Source of the DNA: Archangium sp.
Lineage (GTDB): Bacteria; Myxococcota; Myxococcia; Myxococcales; Myxococcaceae
Assembly: GCA_031367385.1 (NCBI GenBank)
Contig: JANLPS010000373.1
Coordinates: 18,650-82,649 of the forward strand
Length of the DNA stretch: 64,000 nt
Direction: 5' to 3'
Shown here one piece after another: positions 1 through 9,802 of the stretch (positions are counted from its first letter, which is position 1; the number at the start of each line of letters is the position of its first letter). A program made the translations under genes and the position numbers. The notes below the pieces were generated by a model. That model saw only the letters and a program-made list of their open reading frames with translations, was not told the origin of the DNA and made no database searches.

Positions 1-1567
1 CGAGTCGGCTGCGGCGTTCGAGGCGTTGAGCGTCGTGAAGCCGAAAGTCGATGACTACTTCGCGCGCGCTCGCTTGGCCGCCTTCGACCCTCGTGCGCTG
101 ACCGCGCTCAATCGCGAAGAGAAAGAGTACCTCTCGGTCGCGGCAAAAGACCTCACCGTCACCGCGCAGGAGGTCGCCCCTTTTCCGCTCGCGCAGGTTG
201 CGGCAGACAAACCGCTCGGGTTGCAACACGGGCTCAACCCCGCATGGGCTGAGCCGATGGCTGCGTTCGTCGAGAAGGTGGCAAAGCCCCTGGGTGTCAA
301 AGACCCGATGACGGAGGCCGAGTGGGCTCGGGTGCGCTCGACTTTTGCGGCGTACGAGAAGTGGCACGCGGCCAAGGCGGGCGCATCGGTTGAGACGCTG
401 GGCGCTGCGCGGGTCAAGGCGCTGGCCTCGGGCGAGTGGAAGGCGAAGGTGACCGCGTTGCTGGTTGAAGACGCCTCGCAGAAGCCGGTCGCCGACGCGA
501 TCGACTCTGTCGAGCGGCTGGTTCGGCTGAATCGAGATCTGCTGACCTTGGCGAACAACTTCGTGACCTTTCGCGACTTTTACTCGCGCAAGAAGCCGGC
601 CATTTTTCAAGCGGGCACGCTCTATCTCGACACCCGGGCCTGCGAGCTGTGCGTGCGAGTCGACGACCCGGCCAAGCACGCGACGGTGGCGCCGCTCTCG
701 CGCAGCTACCTGGTGTACTGCGACCTGAGCCGCCCGGCCTCGGGTGACAAAATGAGCATCGTCGCCGCGATGACTGCCGGAGACGTCGACAACCTGATGC
801 CCGGCCGCAACGGGCTGTTCTACGACCGCCAGGGCCGCGACTGGGACGCGACGGTCACGAAGATCGTCGACGCGCCGATCAGTGTTCGGCAGGCCTTCTG
901 GGCTCCGTACAAGAAGCTGATTCGCTTCGTCGAAGCGCAGTCGGCCAAGCGCGCGGCCGCGGCCGATGCCGCCAGCACCGATCGCTTGGTCAGCTCGGCC
1001 TCGACGGTCGACAAGGGTGTCGACGGCAAGGCGCCAGAACCCGCGGCCAAGAAGATTGACATCGGAGTGGTCGCCGCAATCGGCGTCGCTGTCGGCGGCA
1101 TCGCCGCGGCCTTTGGCGCGCTGCTCTCGGCCTTCTTCGGCCTGGGCTTGTGGATGCCGGTGGGCGTGATTGGCCTGTTGCTGCTGATTTCGGGCCCGTC
1201 GATGGCGATCGCCTGGCTCAAGCTGCGGCAGCGAAACGTGGGGCCGCTGCTCGACGCCAATGGGTGGGCGGTCAATGCGCAGGCACGCATCAACGTACCG
1301 TTCGGGGGCTCGCTGACGCAGCAGGCTGAATTGCCCGAGGGCAGCTCGCGCGACATGACTGACCCGTTCGCCGAGACCGACGCGCCGTGGCGCACGTGGG
1401 TCGTGATGGCGGTGGTGATCGGTCTGGGCGTGGCCTGGTTCTGGGGGGCGCTTGACCGAATGCTGCCACAGCCGCTGCGGAGTGTGACGTTGCTGGGTCA
1501 GCACGCGCCTGCCGACGCGAAGCCGGTGCCGGCGGTGGTACCTGCCGCCGCGCCCCCGGCGGGGTAG
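1..1567 (+). CDS. Conserved hypothetical membrane protein, 5'-truncated by the window edge
   Basis: Frame is open from the window start. C-terminal hydrophobic segments (IGVVAAIGVAVGGIAAAFG, WMPVGVIGLLLLISG, WVVMAVVIGLGVAWFW) and GC3-biased codons. Confidence 0.75.
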   Translation, partial: ESAAAFEALSVVKPKVDDYFARARLAAFDPRALTALNREEKEYLSVAAKDLTVTAQEVAPFPLAQVAADKPLGLQHGLNPAWAEPMAAFVEKVAKPLGVKDPMTEAEWARVRSTFAAYEKWHAAKAGASVETLGAARVKALASGEWKAKVTALLVEDASQKPVADAIDSVERLVRLNRDLLTLANNFVTFRDFYSRKKPAIFQAGTLYLDTRACELCVRVDDPAKHATVAPLSRSYLVYCDLSRPASGDKMSIVAAMTAGDVDNLMPGRNGLFYDRQGRDWDATVTKIVDAPISVRQAFWAPYKKLIRFVEAQSAKRAAAADAASTDRLVSSASTVDKGVDGKAPEPAAKKIDIGVVAAIGVAVGGIAAAFGALLSAFFGLGLWMPVGVIGLLLLISGPSMAIAWLKLRQRNVGPLLDANGWAVNAQARINVPFGGSLTQQAELPEGSSRDMTDPFAETDAPWRTWVVMAVVIGLGVAWFWGALDRMLPQPLRSVTLLGQHAPADAKPVPAVVPAAAPPAG

Positions 1568-1656
1568 TCGAGGGGTGAGCCAGGTCGAGGGCGTTACACG
1601 CGGTGGTGGCGGGTGGTTCGAGTCACTCACACGAACGGCACTGCATGAACGGCGGC

Positions 1657-1908
1657 TTACGGCTCGCGGCCGACGTCTCTGTACGCCGACAGCCTCGAGA
1701 TGATCGCCTCGGCGCCGGTGATCAACCGCTCACCATCCCACAGGGCGGGCGCGCCGGTGCCCCCTCTGGCGGTCAAGTCGGCCTGCACCTCGGGGTAGAC
1801 CACGTTGCGAAACCGTATCGCCGGCTCGAGGGCCCAGTCGGTGACCACTCTGCGAACCCTCGCGCTCCCCGGGTCGCCTATCGCATGAAACAGCTCGAAG
1901 TCGTCCAT
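1657..1908 (-). CDS. Small glutaredoxin/GST-N-like thioredoxin-fold protein lacking CxxC
   Basis: ELFH..DPGSARVRR and GGTGAPALWDGERLITGAEAIISRL match the thioredoxin-fold pattern. Lies 4 bp downstream of the preceding gene. Confidence 0.6.
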   Translation of the reverse strand: MDDFELFHAIGDPGSARVRRVVTDWALEPAIRFRNVVYPEVQADLTARGGTGAPALWDGERLITGAEAIISRLSAYRDVGREP

Positions 1909-1912
1909 CGCG

Positions 1913-2656
1913 TCAGTTCCTGATCAGCGGGCAGCCCCACCCGTCGTAGTGACCGTCGAGCGGCAGAATCACGTTGAGCACCTCGCCGACGAAGGCATCG
2001 GCGTTGAGCCCTGCGAGCGATTCTTCGCGGCGAAAGGCCAGTGACCAGCGGCCGCTCTCGTGCTTGGCCAGCGGTTCGGGCTGAAACCCCTTGCGCAGGA
2101 GCTCGCTGCTCGCCCGCTCAGCGTTCGCCTTGAGCTCGAACATCGCGAGGTGGTCGACCGGCCTTGCGGTGGTGAGCGAGTCTCCGCCCTGCTCGAGCTG
2201 TTCGACCAGCGAGCGGCTCATCATCGACTGAAAGGCGTAGGGGTTCGGGTAGAGAAACGTGTGAAAGAATGACCAGCTCGGGTCTCGGTCGACCGACCAC
2301 TGGGCCTGGTACGGAGCGAGCGACCCGATCTGCGAGAGGCACTCGGCGGCCTTGGAGTCGGCGGGCAGGTACAGCACGAACACCGTCGCGCCTTGCGTGA
2401 CGTAGCGGCCCACGTAGATCGCGTCGCAGGCCTGACCCAGGCGATCGACGATCTGATCTTCGACCTTACCCATCGGCTCGAGCTCACTCGAATCGCGCAG
2501 CCCGTCATTACGCGGCTCGAGCAACCCGACCCGTAGCTGCAACCGCTGCGGGTGCGTGGGCAAGGTCTGCGCGTTCAGATCGACCACGACCGAGAGCGCG
2601 TGGTGCTCGAGCTCCGAGAGGTAAAAATTGAACGAGGGCTCCCACGTCGCTGGCAT
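1913..2656 (-). CDS. DUF695 + RraB-like domain protein
   Basis: N-terminal IYVGRYVTQG...DPSWSFFHTFLYP; C-terminal GDSLTTARPVDH...GHYDGWGC typical of the RraB domain. Confidence 0.75.
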   Translation of the reverse strand: MPATWEPSFNFYLSELEHHALSVVVDLNAQTLPTHPQRLQLRVGLLEPRNDGLRDSSELEPMGKVEDQIVDRLGQACDAIYVGRYVTQGATVFVLYLPADSKAAECLSQIGSLAPYQAQWSVDRDPSWSFFHTFLYPNPYAFQSMMSRSLVEQLEQGGDSLTTARPVDHLAMFELKANAERASSELLRKGFQPEPLAKHESGRWSLAFRREESLAGLNADAFVGEVLNVILPLDGHYDGWGCPLIRN

Positions 2657-2676
2657 CGGGCGAACCTAGCGCACGG

Positions 2677-3987
2677 TTAGAATTCGGCGAAGGTCACGCC
2701 ACCGTCGGCGATTGACCGAAGCACCACGTAGTTGCCTCGGGTCCCGAGGATCTCTCCGTCGCCGTAGGAGGCGAGGCGCACTTCGCGGTCGCTCGAGCTG
2801 ACCACCAACGCGAGATCTTGCCGCTGCTGAGCCACGACGACGAGGGGCTCATGTTCGACCAGCGGGCCCTCTGGCGTGTGGGCTGCGAAGGCCCACCCCT
2901 GGGCGATGGTGAAGGCCGAGGGCGTGACCCCATTGAACGGAGAACGCCAGTGTTCAGCGATCGGGCTCGAGCCCGTGTCGACCCACATGCCGTCGTCGTA
3001 GCTGATCAAGGAGCCGAACAGGCTGGTACAGTTGACTGCCTCGGAGTCTCCCGGCCCGCAGACGCGAGTCGCCGCCTCGCCTGTGAAGACCAAGCGAAAC
3101 ACGCCGCCGTCGCTCAAAAACACGTGGTCGTCGCCCTGCGCCTGAACCGGGCTGCTGATCAGCCCACCATCGAAGAAGTCGTACCGAGTGACGGTGCTCC
3201 CAAAGGCTTGCTTGAATGCGCGTATCGCGGTGTGCACCGTGGTGAAGCCGCGGTCACTGCGAGGCAGGGCCCCCGTGTTGACCACGGCATCGACCCGAAG
3301 CTCGCTGCCGGTGTCGGTTCTGCGGGTGAGCGCGGTGCCACTCGAAGACCACACCGTGTTACCCAGCACCACGAGTTGCCCGCCATCGAAGCCAGCCAGG
3401 CCTCCGTCTTCGCGTTGAGCAGCGACGTGCCCGTCTATCTCGCAGAGCATCAACCCGTTGAGCGTTCTGAACGGCTGAGAGACGCAGTACCTCGCGTACT
3501 GCAGGGCGCTCGTGCTGGTGCGAGTCGTGTGCAAGCGCTCTTGGGCCACATCGATGGGCACCTGCACCCGGCCCAGTGAAGGCTCGAAGGTGACGATCAA
3601 CTGCCAGATGCCCGGCGCATCGGGCGTGAGCTCGATCTTCTCTTTGCGTGAGCCATAGGCGTTGTCGTACGAGCCGCTCGAGGTGACCGCCGCGAAGGGT
3701 TGGTTGTCAGGGCGAATCACCGAGATGACCGCGGTGGCGTTTTCGCCCTCGCACTGCACGAGCGGGCCCCAGACGTCGAGGGTGAGCCGCTGCCCGGTGA
3801 TGCCGAACGCCTTGGCCGGGTTGACGCTCAAGGGCAACGGGCCACAGGTTCGGGCGGGAGGGCACCCTGACAGCGCGGCCAGGAGCGCCAGTAGCAAGGC
3901 CGGGTGTGAACGACATGGGCGCCGGGCCTTCGATGAAAAAGCGGGTCGACGGGCCACGGACAGCGCTGAATTCACTGGCAATACCAA
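2677..3987 (-). CDS. Hypothetical lipoprotein (start uncertain, possibly TTG 3897)
   Basis: LLLALLAALSGC lipobox; Ig-like segment PDAPGIWQLIVTFEPSLG. Confidence 0.6.
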   Translation of the reverse strand: MVLPVNSALSVARRPAFSSKARRPCRSHPALLLALLAALSGCPPARTCGPLPLSVNPAKAFGITGQRLTLDVWGPLVQCEGENATAVISVIRPDNQPFAAVTSSGSYDNAYGSRKEKIELTPDAPGIWQLIVTFEPSLGRVQVPIDVAQERLHTTRTSTSALQYARYCVSQPFRTLNGLMLCEIDGHVAAQREDGGLAGFDGGQLVVLGNTVWSSSGTALTRRTDTGSELRVDAVVNTGALPRSDRGFTTVHTAIRAFKQAFGSTVTRYDFFDGGLISSPVQAQGDDHVFLSDGGVFRLVFTGEAATRVCGPGDSEAVNCTSLFGSLISYDDGMWVDTGSSPIAEHWRSPFNGVTPSAFTIAQGWAFAAHTPEGPLVEHEPLVVVAQQRQDLALVVSSSDREVRLASYGDGEILGTRGNYVVLRSIADGGVTFAEF

Positions 3988-4048
3988 GAGGTTCGGGGCC
4001 GTCGCGAGCGCTTCTGAGAGTCCCGTTCCGCTCCAAGGAGCCTTCGGG

Positions 4049-4366
4049 TCATCGCCGCCTGCGCCAGAGCACCAGGCCGAGGCCAGTACCGACGAGCGTC
4101 AACGAGCTGGTCGCTCCGCCACCGCACCCGGCGGCGTTGCGGGTGGGCTGGGGCACGCAGCGGCCGTTGACGCAGCTGGTGCGCAGGTCGCATTGGCTGC
4201 TGTCGAGGCAGGTGGCGTTGGGGTCGTTCTCTTCGCTGGTCATGTCGGCTCCGCCCGACCCGACCGACCCGTCGGGAATGCTGGGGAGCGAGCCATCGAA
4301 GTCATCGGCCCATGCGGCGGCGGAGGCGAAAAACAGGCACGTGGTGAGAAGAAGCAGGTGTTTCAT
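4049..4366 (-). CDS. Small MYXO-CTERM sorting-domain protein (MXAN_6627.5-like)
   Basis: Signal peptide, Cys motif CLDSSQC...CVNGRC, C-terminal GCGGG-hydrophobic-WRRRR; divergent from a response regulator. Confidence 0.75.
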   Translation of the reverse strand: MKHLLLLTTCLFFASAAAWADDFDGSLPSIPDGSVGSGGADMTSEENDPNATCLDSSQCDLRTSCVNGRCVPQPTRNAAGCGGGATSSLTLVGTGLGLVLWRRRR

Positions 4367-4403
4367 CGCCAACCTCGAGGCATCAGAGTAATTTGAATCG
4401 GGC

Positions 4404-5738
4404 ATGGCGCCCACCATTCTCGTCGTCGATGACAACAAAGAGCTGGTGGCCCTGCTCACCTCGCTCTTCGAGGAAGGTGGCTACACCGTCGTCGGGGCCA
4501 ATAAGGGCAAGACCGCGGTTGAGGTGGCGCGGTCGGAGGCGCCGCAGCTGGCGGTCATCGACGTGCTGTTGCCCGACATGATGGGCTACCACGTGGCTGA
4601 AGCGTTGCGGGTGCACGCGCCGAAGCTGATCTTGGTCTTCATGAGCGGGGTCTTCAAAGGCGGCCGCCACTCGAATGAAGCGATGACCCGCTTCCCCGGG
4701 TCGCTGTACGTCGAGAAGCCGTTCGACGCGAAGGCGCTGCTGGCCGAGGTACGCAGGTTGGTGCCGCCACCCGCGGTGCCGCCGCCTCCGCCGACCACCT
4801 CGATGGCGGCCCCCTCTGACTTCGACGTCGAGCTCGACATCGATGTCGAAGACGACGAGCAAGAAGCAATGGAGCTCACCGGGCGAATCAAGGTGACCGG
4901 CGGCGGCAACATCACGGCTGACCTTCAAGGCGCGGCGTTGACCGCGGGCAAGCACACCCGTGGGCCCGTGCACGGCACGCGGCCGGTGCAATCACAGGCC
5001 TCGGGCGTGGTGACGATGCCCAGCGCCGACCGCCCTTCGCGGCAGGGGCGCTTGCAAGACAACCTGCCCGGGTTGATCTCGGCCTTCTACCTGGCCCGCG
5101 AGACCGGCGAGCTGTACTGCCAAAAGGGCAAGGTGAAGAAGGTCGTGTACTTCGAGTCGGGCAACCCGGTGTTCGCGCTCTCGAACCTCGCCGCCGATCG
5201 CTTCGGGCAGTTTCTGGTGCGCGTGGGCAAGATCAAACCCGAGCAGCTCGATGACGTCGCGGTGGTGGCGCAGCAGACGGGCCGTCGCACTGGCGATGTG
5301 CTGGTCGAGCGCGGCCTGCTCAAAGATACCGAGCGGCTCTATTACGTAGGCCAGCAGGTCAAGAGCATCATCTATTCGCTCTTCGGGTGGGAAGAGGCGC
5401 AGTTCGTGCTGACCTTTCGCGAAAAGGCGCGCTCCGAGAGCATCAAGCTCGACGTCTTTCCCGGTAACCTGATCGTTCGCGGCATCAAGAAGCTCTACAA
5501 GCCCGAGCGCCTGGCGCGGTTGGTCAAGCCTGAAGACCGGTTGATGCCGAGCCAGCAGCCGGCGTATCAGCTGCACGAGCTCGAGCTCGACAAGTGGGAG
5601 GCCGGGTTGCTCTCACGCCTCGACGGCACGCGCACCAACGCTGAAGTGTTCGCGCTGTCGGGCAAGCCAGAGCACCAGGTTCGGGCGTTCTTGGCCGCGC
5701 TGCTGGGCGTCGAAATTCTCGAGCGTCGCGAGACCTGA
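4404..5738 (+). CDS. Response regulator receiver + DUF4388/PATAN-like domain protein
   Basis: ILVVDD, DVLLPDMMG and EKPF receiver motifs; C-terminal ETGEL...KKVVYFESG...DRFGQFLVR. Confidence 0.85.
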   Translation: MAPTILVVDDNKELVALLTSLFEEGGYTVVGANKGKTAVEVARSEAPQLAVIDVLLPDMMGYHVAEALRVHAPKLILVFMSGVFKGGRHSNEAMTRFPGSLYVEKPFDAKALLAEVRRLVPPPAVPPPPPTTSMAAPSDFDVELDIDVEDDEQEAMELTGRIKVTGGGNITADLQGAALTAGKHTRGPVHGTRPVQSQASGVVTMPSADRPSRQGRLQDNLPGLISAFYLARETGELYCQKGKVKKVVYFESGNPVFALSNLAADRFGQFLVRVGKIKPEQLDDVAVVAQQTGRRTGDVLVERGLLKDTERLYYVGQQVKSIIYSLFGWEEAQFVLTFREKARSESIKLDVFPGNLIVRGIKKLYKPERLARLVKPEDRLMPSQQPAYQLHELELDKWEAGLLSRLDGTRTNAEVFALSGKPEHQVRAFLAALLGVEILERRET

Positions 5739-5750
5739 CCTTCGGTTTCG

Positions 5751-6632
5751 TCAGTTGACCCGGCAGTACCCGTTGAGCCCGCTGCTCACATCGCAGACCC
5801 CGTTGGCTGCGCACATCGACATCGCCGAGCAAGTGCACGAGAGGGCGGTGCAGCTCTGGCCCATCGGGCATGAATTGCCGTTGGCGCAGGTGCAGGTGCC
5901 GGTGAGGCGGCCTCCACCGAACGCGATGCTGTTGCAGGTCTGCGCAGCGCCGCAGTGCAGGCCGCAGCCGCCGCAGTTCATCGCGTCGCTCGTGGGGTTG
6001 ACGCAGCTGCCCGAGCAACACACGCGGCTGCCCAACCCAGGGCAGGCCCGGGTCTCGCAATCAGGGTCGTCGCAATCGAAGAGCGTGTCGCCGTCGTCAT
6101 CGAGGCCGTTGGCGCAGTTGGTCTCGGGTTGCCCTGCGTCGCGCCCAGACCCCGCATCGACCGCCGTGCCGGAGTCAGCGACGCCCGAATCCGTGATGAA
6201 GCCTCCATCGATTTGGCCCGCGTCGACCACGCCAGCGTCGGTGGGCTCGATGGGCGTGCCCGCATCACAGGCCGCAAAGCAGTCGGAGTCGAAGCAGTCG
6301 AACTTGCCGTCGCAGTCATTGTCATGGCCATCGCCGCACGAGCGTTCGGCGGTGAGCTGCGGAGCGCCGCCGGCTTCGATGCAGGCGCAGATGCCGCGTT
6401 GGCAATACTGGGTTTGCGCTGCGTTGCAGGCGAGGCCTTCGCACTCGCTCGCTTCACACGAGACGACGGGGCAGCGGCTGGTCTTGGCCGGCTGGCACCG
6501 GCTGCTCAGACAGACATACCCGTCGATGCATTGATCATCGCGCACGCAGGCGAAGGTGCCAGCGGGGTTGGCCACGCAGGTGCACGCCGCGATGAACGAG
6601 CCGGCGAAGAGAACGACGAGGGCTCGAATCAC
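5751..6632 (-). CDS. Cys-rich lipoprotein with DAG-repeat linker and putative metal-binding repeats
   Basis: IAAC lipobox; CGDGHDNDCDG and CANGLDDDGD repeats; NCGGCG motif. Confidence 0.75.
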   Translation of the reverse strand: MIRALVVLFAGSFIAACTCVANPAGTFACVRDDQCIDGYVCLSSRCQPAKTSRCPVVSCEASECEGLACNAAQTQYCQRGICACIEAGGAPQLTAERSCGDGHDNDCDGKFDCFDSDCFAACDAGTPIEPTDAGVVDAGQIDGGFITDSGVADSGTAVDAGSGRDAGQPETNCANGLDDDGDTLFDCDDPDCETRACPGLGSRVCCSGSCVNPTSDAMNCGGCGLHCGAAQTCNSIAFGGGRLTGTCTCANGNSCPMGQSCTALSCTCSAMSMCAANGVCDVSSGLNGYCRVN

Positions 6633-8047
6633 GGCGTGGCCTCGGCGGTGAGAATGAAGATCAAGAAGCTGGTCACCGCGAGCCCGGCTGCGACCCCGAG
6701 GGCGATGTTGGCCGTCGTCGCTTCGGTGCGTTGCCGACCGGCGAGCGCGAAGGCTTCACGTTGCGTGAGGTCGGTGATCAGCCCGGTGAGCGAGAGGCCG
6801 CTCAGGGTGCCCGTGTCAGCGCGAGCGGCGATGCCGAACCCGACGCCAACACCCGCGGCCACCGCGGCCAGGCCAGCGAGGCTCAGCGCAAGGGGGGCTC
6901 TCCATGAATTGCCAGTGGCGGTCGCGAGCGAGATGCCGCTCGACGGCGTCAACTCGGCGATGACCGGTGCGTCTGAGCCTCGGCCGGGTGAGAGCTGATC
7001 AGTCGCGCTGCCGACTGTGAGCACCACGCCGAGCTCTCCGAGCGCCTCGACCCAATACCCGAGCACCTCGCTCGATTGATCAACCGTGAAGCCCGTGCTC
7101 TCGACCCAACCGCCCGGCGTTCGCACGTGAAACCGGGCCTGCTCGATCAACCCCATGGTGTCGTTTTGCGGCTCGAGCACGAGGTGTGCGCCTCCCTGAG
7201 GCAGCACGGTGCCGAAGACCTTGACCGAGAGCGGGGGGTGCGCGGCGCTGAAGGCCTTCGCGGCTTGATAGGTCGCCATCGCCGGTTTGCACTCGTCGGG
7301 TGGCGAGACGTTGGCGTCGAGGAGAAACGATCTCTTCCACGCGGCGGAGGCCCGAGCGGCGTCTCCAGAGCGCGCGGCGGTGCACGCGTCGGCTCGCCAG
7401 GCTTTCAACACGCCGGCCCGGTCGAGCGCAGACGACGAGACTCTCATGACGGGCGCCGCAGGCCGTGGTGAGGCCCCCACTTTCAGCGGCGCTTTGACCG
7501 AGCCCAACGCACCCACAGCGAGGCCATTGGCGTTGAATGCCTCGACCCAGGCTTGTGCGAACCCGGCTGGCAGTCGAACGTCGACGGTCGGCTCAGGGGC
7601 GACGGAGATGACCCTCGAGCCTCCCAGTTCATGCACGTCGACGCGGGTGACGACCGCCCAGGGGTCGAACAGCTCGAAGGCCAGGTGGCCCTCCGCGGCA
7701 CCCTTGGTGAGGGTCATCTTCACCGTACCAGGGGGAAAGAGGGTGGCCTTGGCGGCGCGAAAGGCCTCCCGAATCTTCGGCGCGGCCTCGCCCGGCGCGG
7801 GTGCGAGCGGGTCTTTCTCGAGCAGCGCGGCGTAGGCGTCAGTTGCGCCAGGCAAATCACCGAGGGCGGCGCGGGTGCGCGCGAGCAAATCGAAGGCCTC
7901 GCGTCGCTCAGCAAGAGACTGCCCCGGTACCTGCGCGGCCAGGGTCAGCGGGCCCAGGGCCTTTTCGTACGCGAGTTGCTCGAAGTGTGACTTGCCCTCC
8001 GCGAGGTACGGGTTGGCCGCCAACAGCGTCAGCACGACGAGGAGCAC
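6629..8047 (-). CDS. Exported TPR-like protein with internal duplication and C-terminal TM hairpin
   Basis: Signal peptide, TPR-like helices, two C-terminal hydrophobic segments; stop overlaps the start of the downstream gene. Confidence 0.7.
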   Translation of the reverse strand: MLLVVLTLLAANPYLAEGKSHFEQLAYEKALGPLTLAAQVPGQSLAERREAFDLLARTRAALGDLPGATDAYAALLEKDPLAPAPGEAAPKIREAFRAAKATLFPPGTVKMTLTKGAAEGHLAFELFDPWAVVTRVDVHELGGSRVISVAPEPTVDVRLPAGFAQAWVEAFNANGLAVGALGSVKAPLKVGASPRPAAPVMRVSSSALDRAGVLKAWRADACTAARSGDAARASAAWKRSFLLDANVSPPDECKPAMATYQAAKAFSAAHPPLSVKVFGTVLPQGGAHLVLEPQNDTMGLIEQARFHVRTPGGWVESTGFTVDQSSEVLGYWVEALGELGVVLTVGSATDQLSPGRGSDAPVIAELTPSSGISLATATGNSWRAPLALSLAGLAAVAAGVGVGFGIAARADTGTLSGLSLTGLITDLTQREAFALAGRQRTEATTANIALGVAAGLAVTSFLIFILTAEATP

Positions 8048-8059
8048 CGAAAGCGGCCT

Positions 8060-8644
8060 TTAGTCGAGCGACAGCTTTTCGTTCACATCATCTTCGGTGA
8101 GCACCGGCTGCGGCAGCGTATCGAGCGCGGGGCGCAGCAAGTTCATCGCGGGCGCCACGTACGGCTCGACCTCGGGGCCCAGCTCACGCACGTAGACCTG
8201 GGTGACCTCGGTCAAGCGCTCGTCTTTCGAGGGGAAAGAGCCGCCTGCGCTGGCCGACCAGGCTTCACGGCCATCACTGCATCGCTGCAATGAACCGGTG
8301 AGCTCTGATTCGTACCCCTCAGCGCGCTTGACCATGGTGATGTGCAAGATCAGCGCGCCTTCGATGGCATCGTCGCCTCCACACACCTGCGCCAACGAGG
8401 TGGCCTTGTCGGCGAACACCTCGCGCTTGACCAGAAAGTCGCGCTTCAAGTTCACGTAGCGGCGCGCGACGCGGGCGATCATCTCGGCGGCTTTGGGGTT
8501 GCCGTCGGGCAGCGGCTCGACGATGACCGCGAGGCGTTTGACGGTGCGTTGATCTTCTTGTGGCCAATCAGGGCGCAGGCTCGAGGCTTTCACCACCGAG
8601 CACGCACAGAGAGCCACCAGGCTGAGCACGAGGAGTCTGGACAC
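8060..8644 (-). CDS. Lipoprotein resembling the MXAN_6521/LA_1396 family
   Basis: GTG start 8644 gives LVLSLVALCAC lipobox; VKRLAVIV, RRYVNLKRDFLVK and YVAPA recognised from memory of the family. Confidence 0.65.
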   Translation of the reverse strand: MSRLLVLSLVALCACSVVKASSLRPDWPQEDQRTVKRLAVIVEPLPDGNPKAAEMIARVARRYVNLKRDFLVKREVFADKATSLAQVCGGDDAIEGALILHITMVKRAEGYESELTGSLQRCSDGREAWSASAGGSFPSKDERLTEVTQVYVRELGPEVEPYVAPAMNLLRPALDTLPQPVLTEDDVNEKLSLD

Positions 8645-8719
8645 GGCGTGCAGTGTAAAGCCTCCGGGCCTGGGTCGCTTTCTCTTTTCGCGTCTCGAGA
8701 CCGGAGTACACGTGAAGCA

Positions 8720-9124
8720 ATGCATGCAGACCCAGCAGCTCCGGTGATTCTGGGGCTGGCCCTCATCTTGGTCAGCGCCAAAATCGGGGGCACCTGACGA
8801 TTCGCTTCGGCGAGAACCCGTTTCTCGACATGTTCGCCCGATCACTCTCGGGGCTGATTCTTCTGCCGGCGGTGACGGCGATGATCTCCGCCCAGCGCAC
8901 TGGAGCCTCGGTTGAGGTGGGTGCGGTGCTGATCATTTGCCTCAAGGCGATCAGGTATCTGATTGGAGCGCTGGTCGTCGCTGGGTGCGAGGCCGATCGG
9001 TGCAGTACCGCTCGCTTCCGTGCTCTGTCTGGTTGCGATAGGCGGCAATTGGTGGGTGATGGTGCTGGTGACCACCGTCGTCACTCCGCCGTTGCTCACG
9101 TGGAGCCTGTCGAGAAAGCGCTGA
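8720..9124 (+). pseudogene. Remnant of a cation:proton (CPA2/Na+/H+) antiporter
   Basis: Disjoint fragments MHADPAAPVILGLALILVSAKIGG*, GLILLPAVTAMISA...VLIICLKA..LIGALVV and VMVLVTTVVTPPLLTWSL* in different frames. About 400 bp versus ~1.2 kb for an intact gene. Confidence 0.6.
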
Positions 9125-9221
9125 AACTTCTTCGGGCCTCATCGCACTTTTCAACGCGTGCGTGCATTGGGGCGCGCACCTTCGTTCAACTCAAACACTG
9201 TTGTGTGAAAGCGAGTCTTCA

Positions 9222-9736
9222 ATGCGACTGAGGTCACTGGTGTGCGCAGTGTCGTTGTTGGTGGGCAGCTCGGGGTCGGCCAGCGAGCCGGTCGAGCGAA
9301 AGACGGTGGCGCTCGGCTCGAGCGAAGTTCGAGGTAGCGCGACCGCACCGGTCAGCCTGGTGGTCTTCTCTGATTTCGAGTGCCCGTTCTGCGCCCGTCT
9401 GGTGCCGACGCTGGCCGAGCTCGAAGCGAAGTATCAGGGGCGAATCAAGATTGCGTTTCGGCAATTGCCCCTGCCATTTCATGCGCATGCGCGGTTGGCC
9501 TCGAGCGGCCGGCGCTGCTCTCGTATGCGAAGAAGCTCGAGCTCGATGTGGCGAAGTTCACCGCGGCGCTCGATTCGGGGCGATTCGACAAGCAAATCGA
9601 CGCCGATGCGTCTGATGCCCAGCGGTTGGGAGCCACCGGCACGCCGACGGTCTTCGTCAATGGGCGCAGCGTCATCGGCGCCCAGCCTGTGAAGGCGTTT
9701 CAGACTGTCATCGACGAAGAATTGGCTCGGCGGTGA
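9222..9736 (+). pseudogene. DsbA/thioredoxin_4 family oxidoreductase with internal deletion and frameshift
   Basis: FSDFECPFC and LPLPFH in one frame, GTPTVFVNG...IDEEL in another. The usual AAxAA...QGKFWxMH segment is missing at ~9500. Confidence 0.8.
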
Positions 9737-9802
9737 CGGTTTTTCGGTGCTGACGGGCCTCCTGACTTGCGCCCGTCGGCCGGCTGCGGCAAGCATGGCG
9801 CC

